Positions 23,880-35,475 of a DNA stretch of 64,000 nucleotides are shown here, piece after piece. Source of the DNA: Hyaloraphidium curvatum SAG 235-1. Its lineage: Eukaryota; Fungi; Monoblepharomycota. Both the position numbers and the translations under genes were made by a program. The stretch is from NCBI GenBank assembly GCA_025558095.1, contig JAIVFI010000025.1, forward strand, positions 496,001 through 560,000, in the 5' to 3' direction. The notes beneath the pieces were generated by a model, which worked only from the letters and a program-made list of their open reading frames with translations, was not told the DNA's origin and searched no databases. The first letter of the stretch is position 1. Each line of letters opens with the position of its first letter.

Positions 23880-25331
23880 CTACCCCACCTCTCCTCTGCC
23901 ACGATCGCTCATTTCCGGCCCATGTTTGCGCTTGCCCTTCAGACTTGCCCCGGGTTGCTTGCCCTCGTCGGGCACCGCACCAACGCGTGGCCTTGGACAC
24001 CGCAGCACGGGCACCGCGCCTCCTCCACCCCTCCCATCTCGTGCGGCGGCTCCCTGATCTGCGCCGAGAACCAGAGCCTCTTTGCGCCCTCCCGCGACAC
24101 GGACAGCCACGACACCCGGACGTCGGTTTTGCTCGGCGGCGCCGCTTCCTGGGAAAAGAGCTCGAAACGTGCGGAAAAATGCTGGTTGGGCAGGATGGCC
24201 TGGGAGCGGCGCGCGAGCATCAGCTTGCATGCTTGCCAGAAGCACCGCAAGATCACCCACGTGGACCGTGCGCCCTCCCCAACCTCCGCGAAGCTCCGCC
24301 GGGATCCACGCCCTCAGGCTTGCGTCCGGAACTATCCATCCGCCGCTCTTGGCCTCCTTGGAGAACGAGTCGAACGCCTTGGGGCTCCGCCTCTCGACGT
24401 ACAACCGGATGCGCACGGGGAACTTGCGCTCCCGCAGCGCGCGATCGTCGATCCGCAGGGAGGCGAGGGAGGAGGATCCCGAGGGCGAGTCGGGGAGGAG
24501 GGGGAGGAAAGGAATGTGGGCGTCGGTGGAGCCGCCGGGCTGCAGGGCAAAGGGCCAGTACATGCCGTCCGCGAGGACGTCGGCATGCGAGGAAGGGTAG
24601 TAGAGATCGGGCTGCGCGCCGTCGGGGCCATCACTGAAGAGAAGATAATGAGTCAAACAACCCAGATCTCGCTCAAGTGGAATGTCAACTCACATCCAGC
24701 GACCGCTCATGACCAAGGCGAGCGAAAGGACGTAGTGGCTCTGCCAGTCCGACATGGCGCGGTCTTCGAAGAGGTGTCCGAGGGAAGTCCACGGGCCCCG
24801 CGCCGTCCTCGCCAGTCGCACGAGCGAAGAAGAGTCGAGGAACTTGGCCAAGCAAGCGAGAATGTCGCCGGGGAGATCGGCCAAAGAAGGGGGCTTGGTG
24901 AGATCTTCCGGTCCCTGATCCTGCCCGGCCGCGTCCCTCCCGAGCTCCCTCGAGACCACGCGCGGCTCGAAATCGTGGGAAAACTTGCAGTTCGTTCCCC
25001 TGCGGCAGCGTCCAATCTTGTAGTACCTGCACCTTTTCGGTTTCTCACGGAGAGCAACGCTCTCCTCCTCTCCAGACGCCCCTTCCGCGAACGCCGTCTC
25101 GGGCACCTCTCCAGCTCCGTGCTGCCCATTCTGCTCATCGCCTACTGAGCTCGTGGAATCGATGACGTGTGCGAAGCGGCATTCCGGGCCTCGACTGCAT
25201 TGTCCCGCCTGGAAGAGCCGGCACGGCGCGGAAAGGCGCTGGCGCGCGGGCTCGGCCCGGTGGAGAAGACGGCAGTGCCTGCCGAGCGGGCAAGTGCCGT
25301 TGAGGATGTACTGCGGGCACACGACGGCCAT
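23880..25331 (-). CDS. Protein with three CCCH zinc fingers plus an F-box
   Basis: Three C-x7-C-x5-C-x3-H motifs; SLADLPGDILACLAKFLDSSSLVRLARTAR (F-box); intron 24634-24693. The 3' end is uncertain. Confidence 0.75.
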
Positions 25332-25707
25332 TTTCGGGGTGGAGTTGGGGGCGCCTCTTTGTTGACAAGATGACTCGAATCGACGCAGACAAACCTAGCC
25401 TCGAAGTACTCTCGGACTCCAACGACTAGGCCACGCCATGATACAATGGCTTCGAAGACGCACGAGCTATCGAACCATTCAAGGTTCATCAAGACCGAGT
25501 TGGTAGCACAAATTGAAAAGCGCAAGCCGAATCAACAAGACTAAGTCGTGGATTGCATACTCAAAAGTGGATTGCATACTCAAAAGAAGCAAAAGATTAT
25601 TCGCATGGCCACAATTGTCTTAGCGATGGTTGTCGGAAGAATCACTGGCGACGTTGGGGAGAAGCCCGCTGCTCAACTACCGCTGACCTGTCATGCACCC
25701 ACACACA

Positions 25708-26218
25708 ATGCGTGCCGCCACGCCCTCCGCCGTCAACCTCCTGCGCCTCGCGGCCATTTGGAATCTCGTCACGTCGATCTATCCTCCCCTTAATGCCCGC
25801 AACACGTCGCCTGGTGGAGCGGCGTGGGCCGATTTGTTCTCTATCCTCAATCTGGGGTTCGGAACCGGTTATCTGGTGGCCTCGCGCGACCTGCGCACCT
25901 TCTGGCCCTTTGTCGCTCTCGGCGTAGCGGGAAAGTCGGCCGTGGCGGGGATTGGGGCCTGGCACTGGTGGAGGGGGACAGGAGATGCGGAGCTGGCCAT
26001 GACCGCGGCTGGCGAAGGAACTCTTGCCGTGCTTTTCTGGATGTTGCTCCGTAACCATGCAGAGGTGAGCGGCTTCTCTATCTTTTATCGCTTCAGCCCT
26101 GATCATTGTGGACAGGGCGGCAAGATGGCCTGACGAGACTGCTGCAGCCGGCAGTGCTGGCGTTTTCCTACTTCTTGATCCGATGCAATTATCTGGTTTC
26201 TTTTGCGAACATTCATAG
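25708..26218 (+). CDS. Small multi-pass membrane protein (3' end uncertain)
   Basis: Four hydrophobic segments; GTGAGC donor at about 26064. Confidence 0.55.
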
Positions 26219-26347
26219 ACGACAGCTGAGCTTCCTCTGGTGAACATTTGATTTTGACAGTTGATTAATTGCGGCTCGTCGGGCCGTCGTCAAACATCGC
26301 ACCACGAATTCGGCCCGCGTCCCTGCCCTCGCGGGTCCGGCACCGCC

Positions 26348-27987
26348 ATGGACTTCCTGTTTTCGAGTTTGCTGCTGCCGCTCGGCCGAGCTGCGGGCCT
26401 TCGGGGGCCCGCGCCGCCGGCGCCGGCCGCGAGCGCGTCCCCCGCGACACCAGCACACTTCGTCATAATCGACGACATAGTCGTCGACTCGCAGGGGAAC
26501 CTGTTTTGGAGGGACCCGGGAACTGGAGCGCGCACTCCAGTGTCGGACGCCGAGAACGCGGAGGTCCGGAGGAGGCTCCAGCACCGGCTGCTTGGTGGGG
26601 ACAACTCTCACGTGCGGCGTTGCTCCTACAGCCTCGATGCTAACCCACCGTGCTTCCTTTCTTCTTGGCTACTTGTTGCTCGCCGCAGCCTGCATGCTGG
26701 AGGTGTCGAACGCGACTTTTACCGACGAAGACCGCGCCGCGCTCGGCATGGTTACCCCAGCGGAGGGTGGCGCCTCTGCCGTCTCTTCCGCGCCCGCGTC
26801 GTCGAACACGGACATCCAGCTCCATCCTTACACGGCAGTGTGGCAGCGGATTGAGGAAACGTTCGACTTTGTGGAGTACTTTACTCCGGAGTCCCACCGC
26901 GCAAAGCTACACTTCGTCCGGGACAAACTGCACCTTCTGTGGCGGCTTAGCACGGACGAAGGCACGCTCAGGAACGTCGTGAAGGTCATGCTGGGGATGT
27001 TTTGGAGAAAGGTGGAGCTTTGGAGGCTGCGTGGCGCGGTCGCAATGAAAGCAAGTGGGTCCATCTCCGGCTCACATCTTGGTTGCGTCAAGCTCATGTC
27101 GTCTCGGTCTTCCAATGCCGCCATCAGAATCCATGATTCAGAACCTCATCGCTTCTCTCACGACGGACGACGTGGCCCTGCTCTTTACCCAGCGCATTTC
27201 TTTCGGGGAGTTCGTCGACCGGCACCTCCTGATGCCCTCGGAAAACCCCGCTCCCTCTCTCGCACCTCCCCCGCCGCCCCCGCCGCCGCCGCCGGCTGTC
27301 CCCCCTCCCCCGCCTCCTCCGCCGCTGGCTTCGGGCACGAATGCGTTTCCCAAGCTTCGGCGGGCTCCCTCCGGCTCCGCTCGCTCCGACTCGTCCGCCA
27401 CCCTCGCGGAACCCACGATCGGGTTGCGGGCCGCGCATTCGACGTCGTCGCTCCCTTCGCGGGTCCCACTCGCTTTCAGCGAGGAGCTCGCCCTCCGCAT
27501 CCGCGAGCGCTCGCTGGTTCGGACGGAGATCAAGTCGCCCGTCGCACAGCGGCGCCTGGCCCGCGAGCGCGACGGGCAAGCCAGGACCCGACAAGAGTTT
27601 GTGCTGGACTCCATGAAGCGCCGCATCATTGAACGCCGGGATTCGTTCCGCGTATCTGGATCCGAGAGCGAAGGCGAGGGCGGGATGAGGAAGAAGGCCA
27701 AAAGCGCCGCCGGGAGCGAAGACGAATGGGAGGAGCTGGATCGGCGCGTGAAGCGCAAGGGGAAGAAGGAGAAACGCAGGGCGTCGACGGCCAAGAGCCC
27801 CGGGAAGGAGTTGAAGGCCGATCTCAAGGCCGAAGACGGTGTGGACGAGGTCACGGACATGTTCGGTGGCATGGAGTTCAGCGTGCGGTGCGAGCTTGCA
27901 AAGGCCGAGGATGTGGAGGCTAGGGAGGGGCCGAGTTTTATGCTTTCGTCTCTCGCGGCCATCGGGGGGACTGTTTCCGAGCAATGA
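26348..27987 (+). CDS. Hypothetical protein with poly-Pro tract and basic/acidic C-terminus
   Basis: Successive ORFs (26261, 26592, 27055) linked by plausible introns. Confidence 0.6.
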
Positions 27988-28223
27988 TCACTTTGCATTC
28001 GATTGTAGTAGCTTCTTCACATTCTGTATTCAATTCACTGATCTTCCGGATCCTGTTGCGGCTTTGGTTTGGTTGTCGGCATCGCGGCCGTGGTTGTCGG
28101 CATCGCAGCCGCACCGAGGCCACGTCATCACGGCAAATCTCCAGCCGTTCAACTACAAAAGCAGAAGCGGCCAGAGACCGGACAAAGCTCCACTGCCCCG
28201 CGGAACTATTCAAGAGCGTCAAC

Positions 28224-28571
28224 ATGTCTCTCTCCACCACCTCCTCCGCGCTCCTCGGCCTCGCGGCCGACCTGGTTTTGACCGTCCTGGCCTTCGCGTT
28301 CCCTCCCCTCGCGTGAGCGTCTTCGCTCCCGCCGGGCGCGTGATCAAGCAACTGATTCGAGCTCGTTGCTCAGCGTCTGGGTCAAGCGCGGCATATTTTC
28401 GCTCGACACGTGGATCGCTGGAATCTTGACGCTCCTCGGCTGGATCCCGGGGTTCGTGGTCCCGCGGCCCATGGATACACAACTAACGTCGAGATCTTCA
28501 GGATTGCCTACGCTCTCTTCGTCGTCTGGATTAAGAGCTGGAACTCCATCTGGGCCCCATCTGTGATCTGA
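28224..28571 (+). CDS. PMP3: Pmp3/RCI2 family proteolipid membrane potential modulator
   Basis: Spliced LAFAFPPLA|VWVKRG...ILTLLGWIPG|IAYALFVV; two introns. Confidence 0.88.
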
Positions 28572-28796
28572 TCTCGGGCCGGGGTCTCGGACGGGGCATC
28601 TCGGGACGGGGCGGTTGGGTGGCCACTAGAACGGCGGCAAGTAGAAGCAATTGTTCTTGACAGCTGACGGCTCTTTTGAAGAATCTTGATGGGTTGAGGC
28701 TTGTGATCTAGCACGGAATGTCCTCGCCGCAGTGGGTGCGGCAGCGGCAAGTTGATGTTCGGCCCGAAGCGTCTCCCACTCCGACCATTCTCCACG

Positions 28797-29798
28797 ATGG
28801 CGCAAAGCTATGACTGCATAATCCTCGGAGGCTCTTACGCTGGCTTGTCGTGCGCTCTTGCCCTCGGTCGGGCCCGCCGCACTGTGCTGGTAGTGGACGC
28901 TGGGAGTCCGCGCAATGCCGACTCGAAGAGCATCAACAACCTCGCTGCGAGGGACGGCATCGACCCGCGAACGTGGAGAAGCAGCGTTCTGAGGGACATC
29001 AGCACGAAGTACACCACCGTGCGTGTCGCGGACGCGTCGACGGCCACATCGGCTCGGAAGGTTGCGGAAGGACGGTTCGAAGTGACTATCGAACCCAATG
29101 GCGATGCGTCGCGGGCCGAAACGGCGGTTTCAAGATCCGTCGTGCTCGCGATGGGAGTCACGGCTGCCTTTCCCAAGGTTCTGGAAGGACTCCCCGCGGA
29201 TCGAAGCCGATGGTGGGGCTCCAGGGTCTTTCACTGCCCTTACTGCTCTGCCTTTGAGAATTCGGACAAGCCTCTGGGGATCCTGATGCTCCCGAATGCC
29301 ACGCCCAACGACGCTGTTGCTCAAGCGGGCCAGCTCAGCGTGTGGTGTCCCGGTCAGGTTCACTTGATCATGGACGGGCGTCAATGGGATAAGGACGGAT
29401 TCAGCGAGGCTCAGAAGGCCGCGCTCGCTGCCAATGGGGTCAAAGTCATCAGTGCCAAGGTCGCGGCTGTCACCCAAGACGAATCGGGGGACATCCGTGT
29501 GGCCTTTGTGGACCGGGAGCCGCTGGTCCTTCATTCGCTTCATTTGCGACCTCCAACCTCCCTCTCCTCGCCTCACATCGTTTCGTCTCTGGGGCCCAGC
29601 CTTCGAGGCCCGTCGCTGATTGCTGTGGACGGCATGGGGAAAACGGACATAAAAGGGGTGTGGGCTGCTGGCGATTGCGCGGAGCCCAAAGCGCAGGTGA
29701 ACCTCGCCATTGCTGCGGGCAGCAACGCTGCTTTCGGCGTGGCAGGGGACCTGGGGATGGCCGATTGGAACGACGGGAAGCTGGGAGGTAGGCTTTGA
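28797..29798 (+). CDS. Thioredoxin-reductase-like FAD/NAD(P) oxidoreductase (TrxB/GliT-like)
   Basis: IILGGSYAG, FHCPYC (CxxC), TDIKGVWAAGD; intronless. Confidence 0.88.
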   Translation: MAQSYDCIILGGSYAGLSCALALGRARRTVLVVDAGSPRNADSKSINNLAARDGIDPRTWRSSVLRDISTKYTTVRVADASTATSARKVAEGRFEVTIEPNGDASRAETAVSRSVVLAMGVTAAFPKVLEGLPADRSRWWGSRVFHCPYCSAFENSDKPLGILMLPNATPNDAVAQAGQLSVWCPGQVHLIMDGRQWDKDGFSEAQKAALAANGVKVISAKVAAVTQDESGDIRVAFVDREPLVLHSLHLRPPTSLSSPHIVSSLGPSLRGPSLIAVDGMGKTDIKGVWAAGDCAEPKAQVNLAIAAGSNAAFGVAGDLGMADWNDGKLGGRL

Positions 29799-29999
29799 AG
29801 AGGGATCGTCTTGCCGGTTCCTGGGGTGGCCTGGATGGACTAGAGGGGAGTACTCTACAATCTAATCCCTCAAGAATAAAAGGAAAATCATGTCGGGCCT
29901 TCGGCTGTTGTTCATCGTAGGTAGCCGCGGGGCGAAGAAGGGTCCAACGATTGAAGACGTCGATCAGGGCGGCGACGCGTCCCCAACTCCCCCACCGTG

Positions 30000-31747
30000 A
30001 TGGCCGCGGCTGACGCCGTCGTGGTTCCTCCGCAAGAAGAATCTGTCGGAGCTCCTCCTCCTCTTCCGGAGCGGGGCACCGCTGGCGGCGGGGAGCCTGT
30101 TCCGCCCCTGCCTCGGAAATCCGCATCGCGGCTCAAGCGCATCTTGTTCTGCGGAGCAGCCCCTCCCAAGTTCGCGAGATCAAAATGGTACACGCAGCTT
30201 TGCGTTGCGGCAGGTCTTCTCGCGTTCACCGCGGCGGAAGGCGCCTTTCTTGGTTGCGTCGCGTTCATCGCGGGAGGCAACCTGGATCTCAATGGCCAGC
30301 AAGTCGCACTTTTGATGGCCGCGGCGCACGTTACCATGCTCCCGACTGCTCTTCTAGTGCCGTTGGTTGCCGATCCGTTCGCGTCGCGCCTCATCCCAGT
30401 CTTCATCTCTCTGCTCTTCTTGGCCGGCTCAAACTTTCTGGTCGGGTCATTCCAGTCTTCCTCCTACGGAATGCTCGTGCTCGCTCGCCTTCTACAAGGG
30501 GTCGGAGCCGGGATTGCATGGGACATGGTGGTTCCGTCTTTGGGTGACGCCAACGCGGCCGACGAGGCCTTTTTCAAGGCCGTTAGCAGAACGCTGCTCG
30601 CGGGAACGGCCGGCTTTCTTCTGGGGCCACCGTGCGGTGCGGCTTTGTTCCAAGTTGCTGGATGGGCATCGCCGTTCTTCATCTGCTTCGCCTTTTCCAT
30701 CCTTTGTGCGTTGGCATGGGCGGTACTGGACTTGGAAGGAGCTGCTGAAGAGCTGACGAAAGCAGCTCTGGAAAGCGGACCTTCGACTGCGCCCGAAGGG
30801 ACAGTGACTGAGCGACGGCCCCTATTCCCTTCGGCTGCCGGGGAACCTGTGGATACACCGGCTTTTGCGGACGACGTCGTTCAGCTGACCGCGCCGCAAG
30901 TCGAGCGGCCTTCCATCGCCCGCCTTCTCTCAATCGGACCCCACGTAGCGCCTCTGCACCCACGCTTCCGCCCGGATCAGGCCATTCTGCTTGGGTTGGC
31001 ACCGGAATCAACCAGTTCGAGTACGTACATTTGGATCGCGACGTCCTGCGTCGAAACATTGCTCTTTGCCGGCATTCTGGCGACCTTCCCTTACCGCCTG
31101 ACGGATTTCGGCGCGTCACCGGCCTCGGCTGGTGGACTGCTCTTCACTCTGCTCGGAGCAGATGCGTTGGTATCCGTACTCCTCGTTCGGCTGTCGCCCG
31201 GGCCTCTAGTCCGACGATATCTTCCGTGGATCGCGTTTTCGTGCCTTGGACTGTTTTCGCCGATGCTCTACGCCGTGACACCCGAAGCCGGAATCGGTTG
31301 GACGGTGCCACCGCTGCTCGGATTCGCGGTCTTGGAAGCATGTTTCAGAGTACCTGCTCACCTGGAGATTGCGCAAGGCGTAGCTGGAAGCAATGCCGTT
31401 CCAAGAATCTGTGAGTCAGTGCGCGGCCAGAATCTGCGACCGCTTCTCACCCTTTCTCCGAAGTTGGCATCTACATGACGCTCTCTGCTGTCGGCGCAAT
31501 TGCTGGCCCTCCGCTGTGTGCATGGTTGATTGACATTCGGACGCCTGCACAGGGTATCGGAATCGTTGGCGGCTGCGTCTGCGCTTGGGGCGTAGTTGTC
31601 GGATTCGTCCTCCTCGGCCTGGACTTGGCGAGACGCGAAGGCCGCGTGCTGCCTGGCACGGAAGCAGGGACTGTCGTTGAGGAAGCTAAGTCTGAGCGGA
31701 GAGCTGGTTGGAAGCTGCAGCGACGTGATACAGGCAGAACGTTCTAG
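30000..31747 (+). CDS. Major facilitator superfamily transporter
   Basis: About 12 TM segments, LARLLQGVGAG, GFLLGPPCG; intron near 31411-31463. Confidence 0.85.
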
Positions 31748-31776
31748 TGGAGACGAAGACAAATGCAATCGAACAA

Positions 31777-32428
31777 TCAAGTCAAACTTCCTCTCCAGGA
31801 TTCGCGAGCGAGACACTGCATGGCGCAGCTTAACGTCATGAGGAGGGAATCGAGCTCGGTCGACTCACGAGACGCCGCCGCACACGCTCAGTCCACGAAT
31901 AGTCACCCAGCGGTCCAGCAGCATTTCTTCTCCTTTCTGAGGTGGCCGTTGATCCGCTTGGCCACCGCAGCATGCTCCGCCGTCGAGCTCCACGCGCACC
32001 TCCCTCCGCGCCGTAACGTTGACACCACCGCAAATCGCTGCCGAGGCACGCGAGTCAGAGCAGCATAGCAAAGACATCGCAAGAAACCAACAGAAAGCGT
32101 CAATGACCGTCTCTCCCGGCTGCAGCTGCCCATCTCGGAGATCGATTTCGACTCCCCCGCACAGGGTCACGGCACTGAAGCGTTTCGGGATGACCTTTCC
32201 GGCCCACCGACTCAGAGAGCCGGAAAAGATGGCCAGATGTGTCTTCTTGGCCGGCGGTGGGCCGATGAACACGGCGGGCTGAGGGGGAGGAGCGGCCGGG
32301 AATTGCGAAGCCGTCAAAGGCAATGCCGCTTCGGGGGGAGCCGATGCTGCGCGTTGGGCTGCGGTCGCGGCATCGTAGGTCGGGGGAGGGAGCTCGCCGG
32401 CTTCGTCGTAAGGTCCTTTCGGCTGCAT
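31777..32428 (-). CDS. DUF1707/LiaF-C-like domain protein, paralog A
   Basis: AIFSG, CGGVEIDLRD, CGGVNV, IRGLSVCGGV repeats; N-terminal PPTY; two introns (last exon tentative). Confidence 0.75.
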
Positions 32429-32584
32429 TTTCGTTTGCTTTTGGAGTGATTCGGGCGGGGATTGCGGGCGGTCGAGTCGCTTGCGTGCACGTGCTGTGTC
32501 CAGGTGACTCACGTCCGGCCGTTCGTCCGGCCTCCATCGTGGATTATTTTCGATGGCAACATTGAAAAGCTACTCATCGTGGCT

Positions 32585-33226
32585 TCAGGTGGATGCCACC
32601 GTGGCCCTACCCGCCATTTGAGTACGGGTGTGAGGTCGGCAAGATCAAACTCACTCGACATGCCCGAGAATCGCCATGCCCTTGACCTTGACCCAGCGAT
32701 CCTTCCATACTAGGTCTTGGTGAGCACCTTGGTTCTCGAATGAACCCAAGACCGCGGCGCCCTCCGTGTCGATTCGAAGCTCGGGCGGGGAGATCACTTT
32801 GACACCTCCGAAGAGAGCTGGGACGTTCCAAGCGTCAAGCATATCTTCTGCAACCTGTTGGCCGGTAACGGATTCACCAAATGCGTGAATGATCGTTTCT
32901 CCGCGCTGGATGTGCGCTCCCCGAAGGTCCACTTCGACCTCTCCGAAGATCGCCGCCACGCGGACGTTCTTGGGCAACGCCTTCTCCGCCCATCTGCTCG
33001 TGATTCCCGCCAGGACCGAAGTCACGGTTGCTTTCGGGGCCGGAGGTTCCGAGGCGGGAGGCACGGAGATGGCCGAAAAGCGGCGGGCGGATCCCGGGTG
33101 CGGCGGCTCGACCTCAACGAACGTCCGGGAGAGTAGCCTTTCGGCGGGCAGGGGTTCATCGTAAGCCGGTGGTCGGTCCAGCGTAGAGCTTTGAGGCTCG
33201 AGGGCAGGTGCTTTCGTGGGGTCCAT
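32585..33226 (-). CDS. DUF1707/LiaF-C-like domain protein, paralog B
   Basis: AIFGEVEVDLRGA, FGGVKVISP, VKGMAILGHV; N-terminal PPAY; introns at the same positions as in paralog A. Confidence 0.75.
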
Positions 33227-33359
33227 GGCACGTTTGCACTTTTCGTCGCGTCATCGCATCGATCACTTCACACCGTCAGACCGCGGGACGAGCGAAAGCG
33301 GAATCGAAGCATTTGGTGGACCATTATCACATTGACAGCACCACTCCCGACAAAAAGCA

Positions 33360-35317
33360 TTACTTCCGAGAGCTCTTGATCGCCTCATCGACAACTTTCA
33401 TCACAGCGAGCACCTTCTCTTCGTCCAAGCGCCCTCCAACGACCTGCAGGAGAGGCTCAGCATATTGCGCGCCAGATAACGAAGATTTTCATCCCACCTG
33501 GATCGACACGGGGGTGTGCAGCATCGCCTGGGGCGAGTAGCTCCCCCACATGAGCGCCTCCAACCCTTCCTTGGGCGCGAACCCCGCCTCCACGACGTCC
33601 GTCTCGCGGACGGCAGTGCACGGCACCACCCCCGCGGTCCAATCCAGCACGTTGAACGCCATCGTGTACCCGCACGCCTGGATGTTGTCCCCGCCCTTGT
33701 GGTGCGGCGTCGACGGGAGCGCGGTGGCGGGGCAGATTACGGCGTCCAGATTGAGGGAGCGGAGGATGCGGTGGTACTTTTGGCGGAACTTGTCGCGGGC
33801 GGATTGGTAGCGCCAGAGGTCGCCGACGGTGGCTTTCGGCTGCGGTGGCGAAGAATCGGTCAACCAGCGAACAAATCGCAGCATCGTTGCGGCAAATCGT
33901 ACCTTTTCCCGGTCCGTTAGCCAGCTCATTGCGTCAATGAGGGGCTCTCCGCTCTTGCTGATGATCTCGTACAGGTCGTCGTCGTAGGCCCCAAACACGC
34001 GGACGGCAAGATCATACATCCCCGCCATGTCCTCCATCGGGAACTCGACCAGCTCGTGCCCCGCCGCCTTGAGCGCCGCCACCGTCTCTTCCATCGCCCG
34101 CCGCACGGGCGGCGTGACGCGGAGCATGTCCGTGTCGACGAAGTACCCCAGCCTCAGCTTTGCCGGCAGCTCCACCTTGCGCCAGGGGATCGGCACGGCC
34201 TCGGAGTCCATCTCCGGCCCTTTCTCGACCCACAGCTTGGTCAGCAGTTCCACGTCCTCGACCGACCGGCCGAAGGGCCCGTTGACGGGCTTGATGATCA
34301 GGGGGCTGCCTTGCATGATCGCTGTCTCTCCGACGTAGGCCAGCCGGTACGCGGAAGGGCGCAGGCCGTACACGCCGTTGACGGCGGCCGGGATGCGAAT
34401 GGAGCCGCCGATGTCGCTGCCGACGCCGAGGTAGCTGCCAACGAGATGGTACTGTCGATGAGGGGCCAAGGAGGAGAAGAGGAGGGGGGTACCCACGAAG
34501 CGCCGCAGGACATGATGCAGCCCTCGCCTCCGGAAGATCCGCCGGCGCCCATGTCGCGGTTGTGGACGTTCATGACATGGCCCCAGAGGAAATTGTCCGA
34601 TTCCCTGGCGGCGTCGTCCGTCAGCCACGCGCAAGCACCGCTCGGAGAATGACGAACCATGTCATTAAGTCCTGAGGGATGTTGGTTTTGACGTAGAGCA
34701 CCGCGCCCGCACCGAGCAGTATGTCCGCGATCGCCGAGTTGGACGCGGGCCTCTTCTCGGCCCATGCGACGATCCCCCACGTCGTCCTCTTCCCCTTGAT
34801 GTCGACGTCGTCCTTGACCGACACCGGAAGCCCGTGCAGTGGGCCCGTGGGCTTGTTCCCGTTGGCTTTGAAGGCGGCGTCGAGCTCCGCAGCGCGGGCG
34901 AGGGCTTCGTCGGTGAAGACTTCGGTCAGGCAGTTCGTCACCTGGTGGGCGAGGGCGGCGCGGTGACAGATGGCTTTGGTGATTTCGAGGGAGGAGATTT
35001 CGCCCGACGCGAGTTTCTGGGAAGGCAAGGGGCTCAGGACAAGGCCGCGGTAGCCGATGGGAGACAGAAGCGCGCGGCTCCGTCCATTCCGTCCCCGCAA
35101 TTCAACCCACCCGAACGGCTTCGCTGGCGGTCAGCCTCGTGAGCTCGAGCTCCCGCTCGCTCAGCTTCGACTCGATGAGCTTCAGCCCGCCATGCTTTCC
35201 GCACGTGTCCAGCTCCTCCTTGGTGAGCTTCCACTCCGCGGGGATGCGGGAATCGCGGTCCGCGCGCGTGCGCTCGGCGACGACCTTCCAGTCTTCTGTG
35301 CCCTCCGATTTGCCCAT
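33360..35317 (-). CDS. Amidase signature family protein (acetamidase/FAAH-like)
   Basis: PLHGLPVSVKD, GGSSGGEG, GSDIGGSIRIP (Ser-Ser-Lys triad); multiple introns. Confidence 0.92.
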
Positions 35318-35475
35318 CGTAGGTGGCAGGGGCGCGGGATTGCGAGGCCTCGGGTTTCGAGGCTGTTCCGCGTTCACAATGGCGGTGTGTGGCGAAGCTC
35401 GTCAACAGCTACGTCCGAATCCGTAAGCCAGTGGCATGAGTCTGCTACGGTGCCAGCCTTGCACAGCTCCTAACC

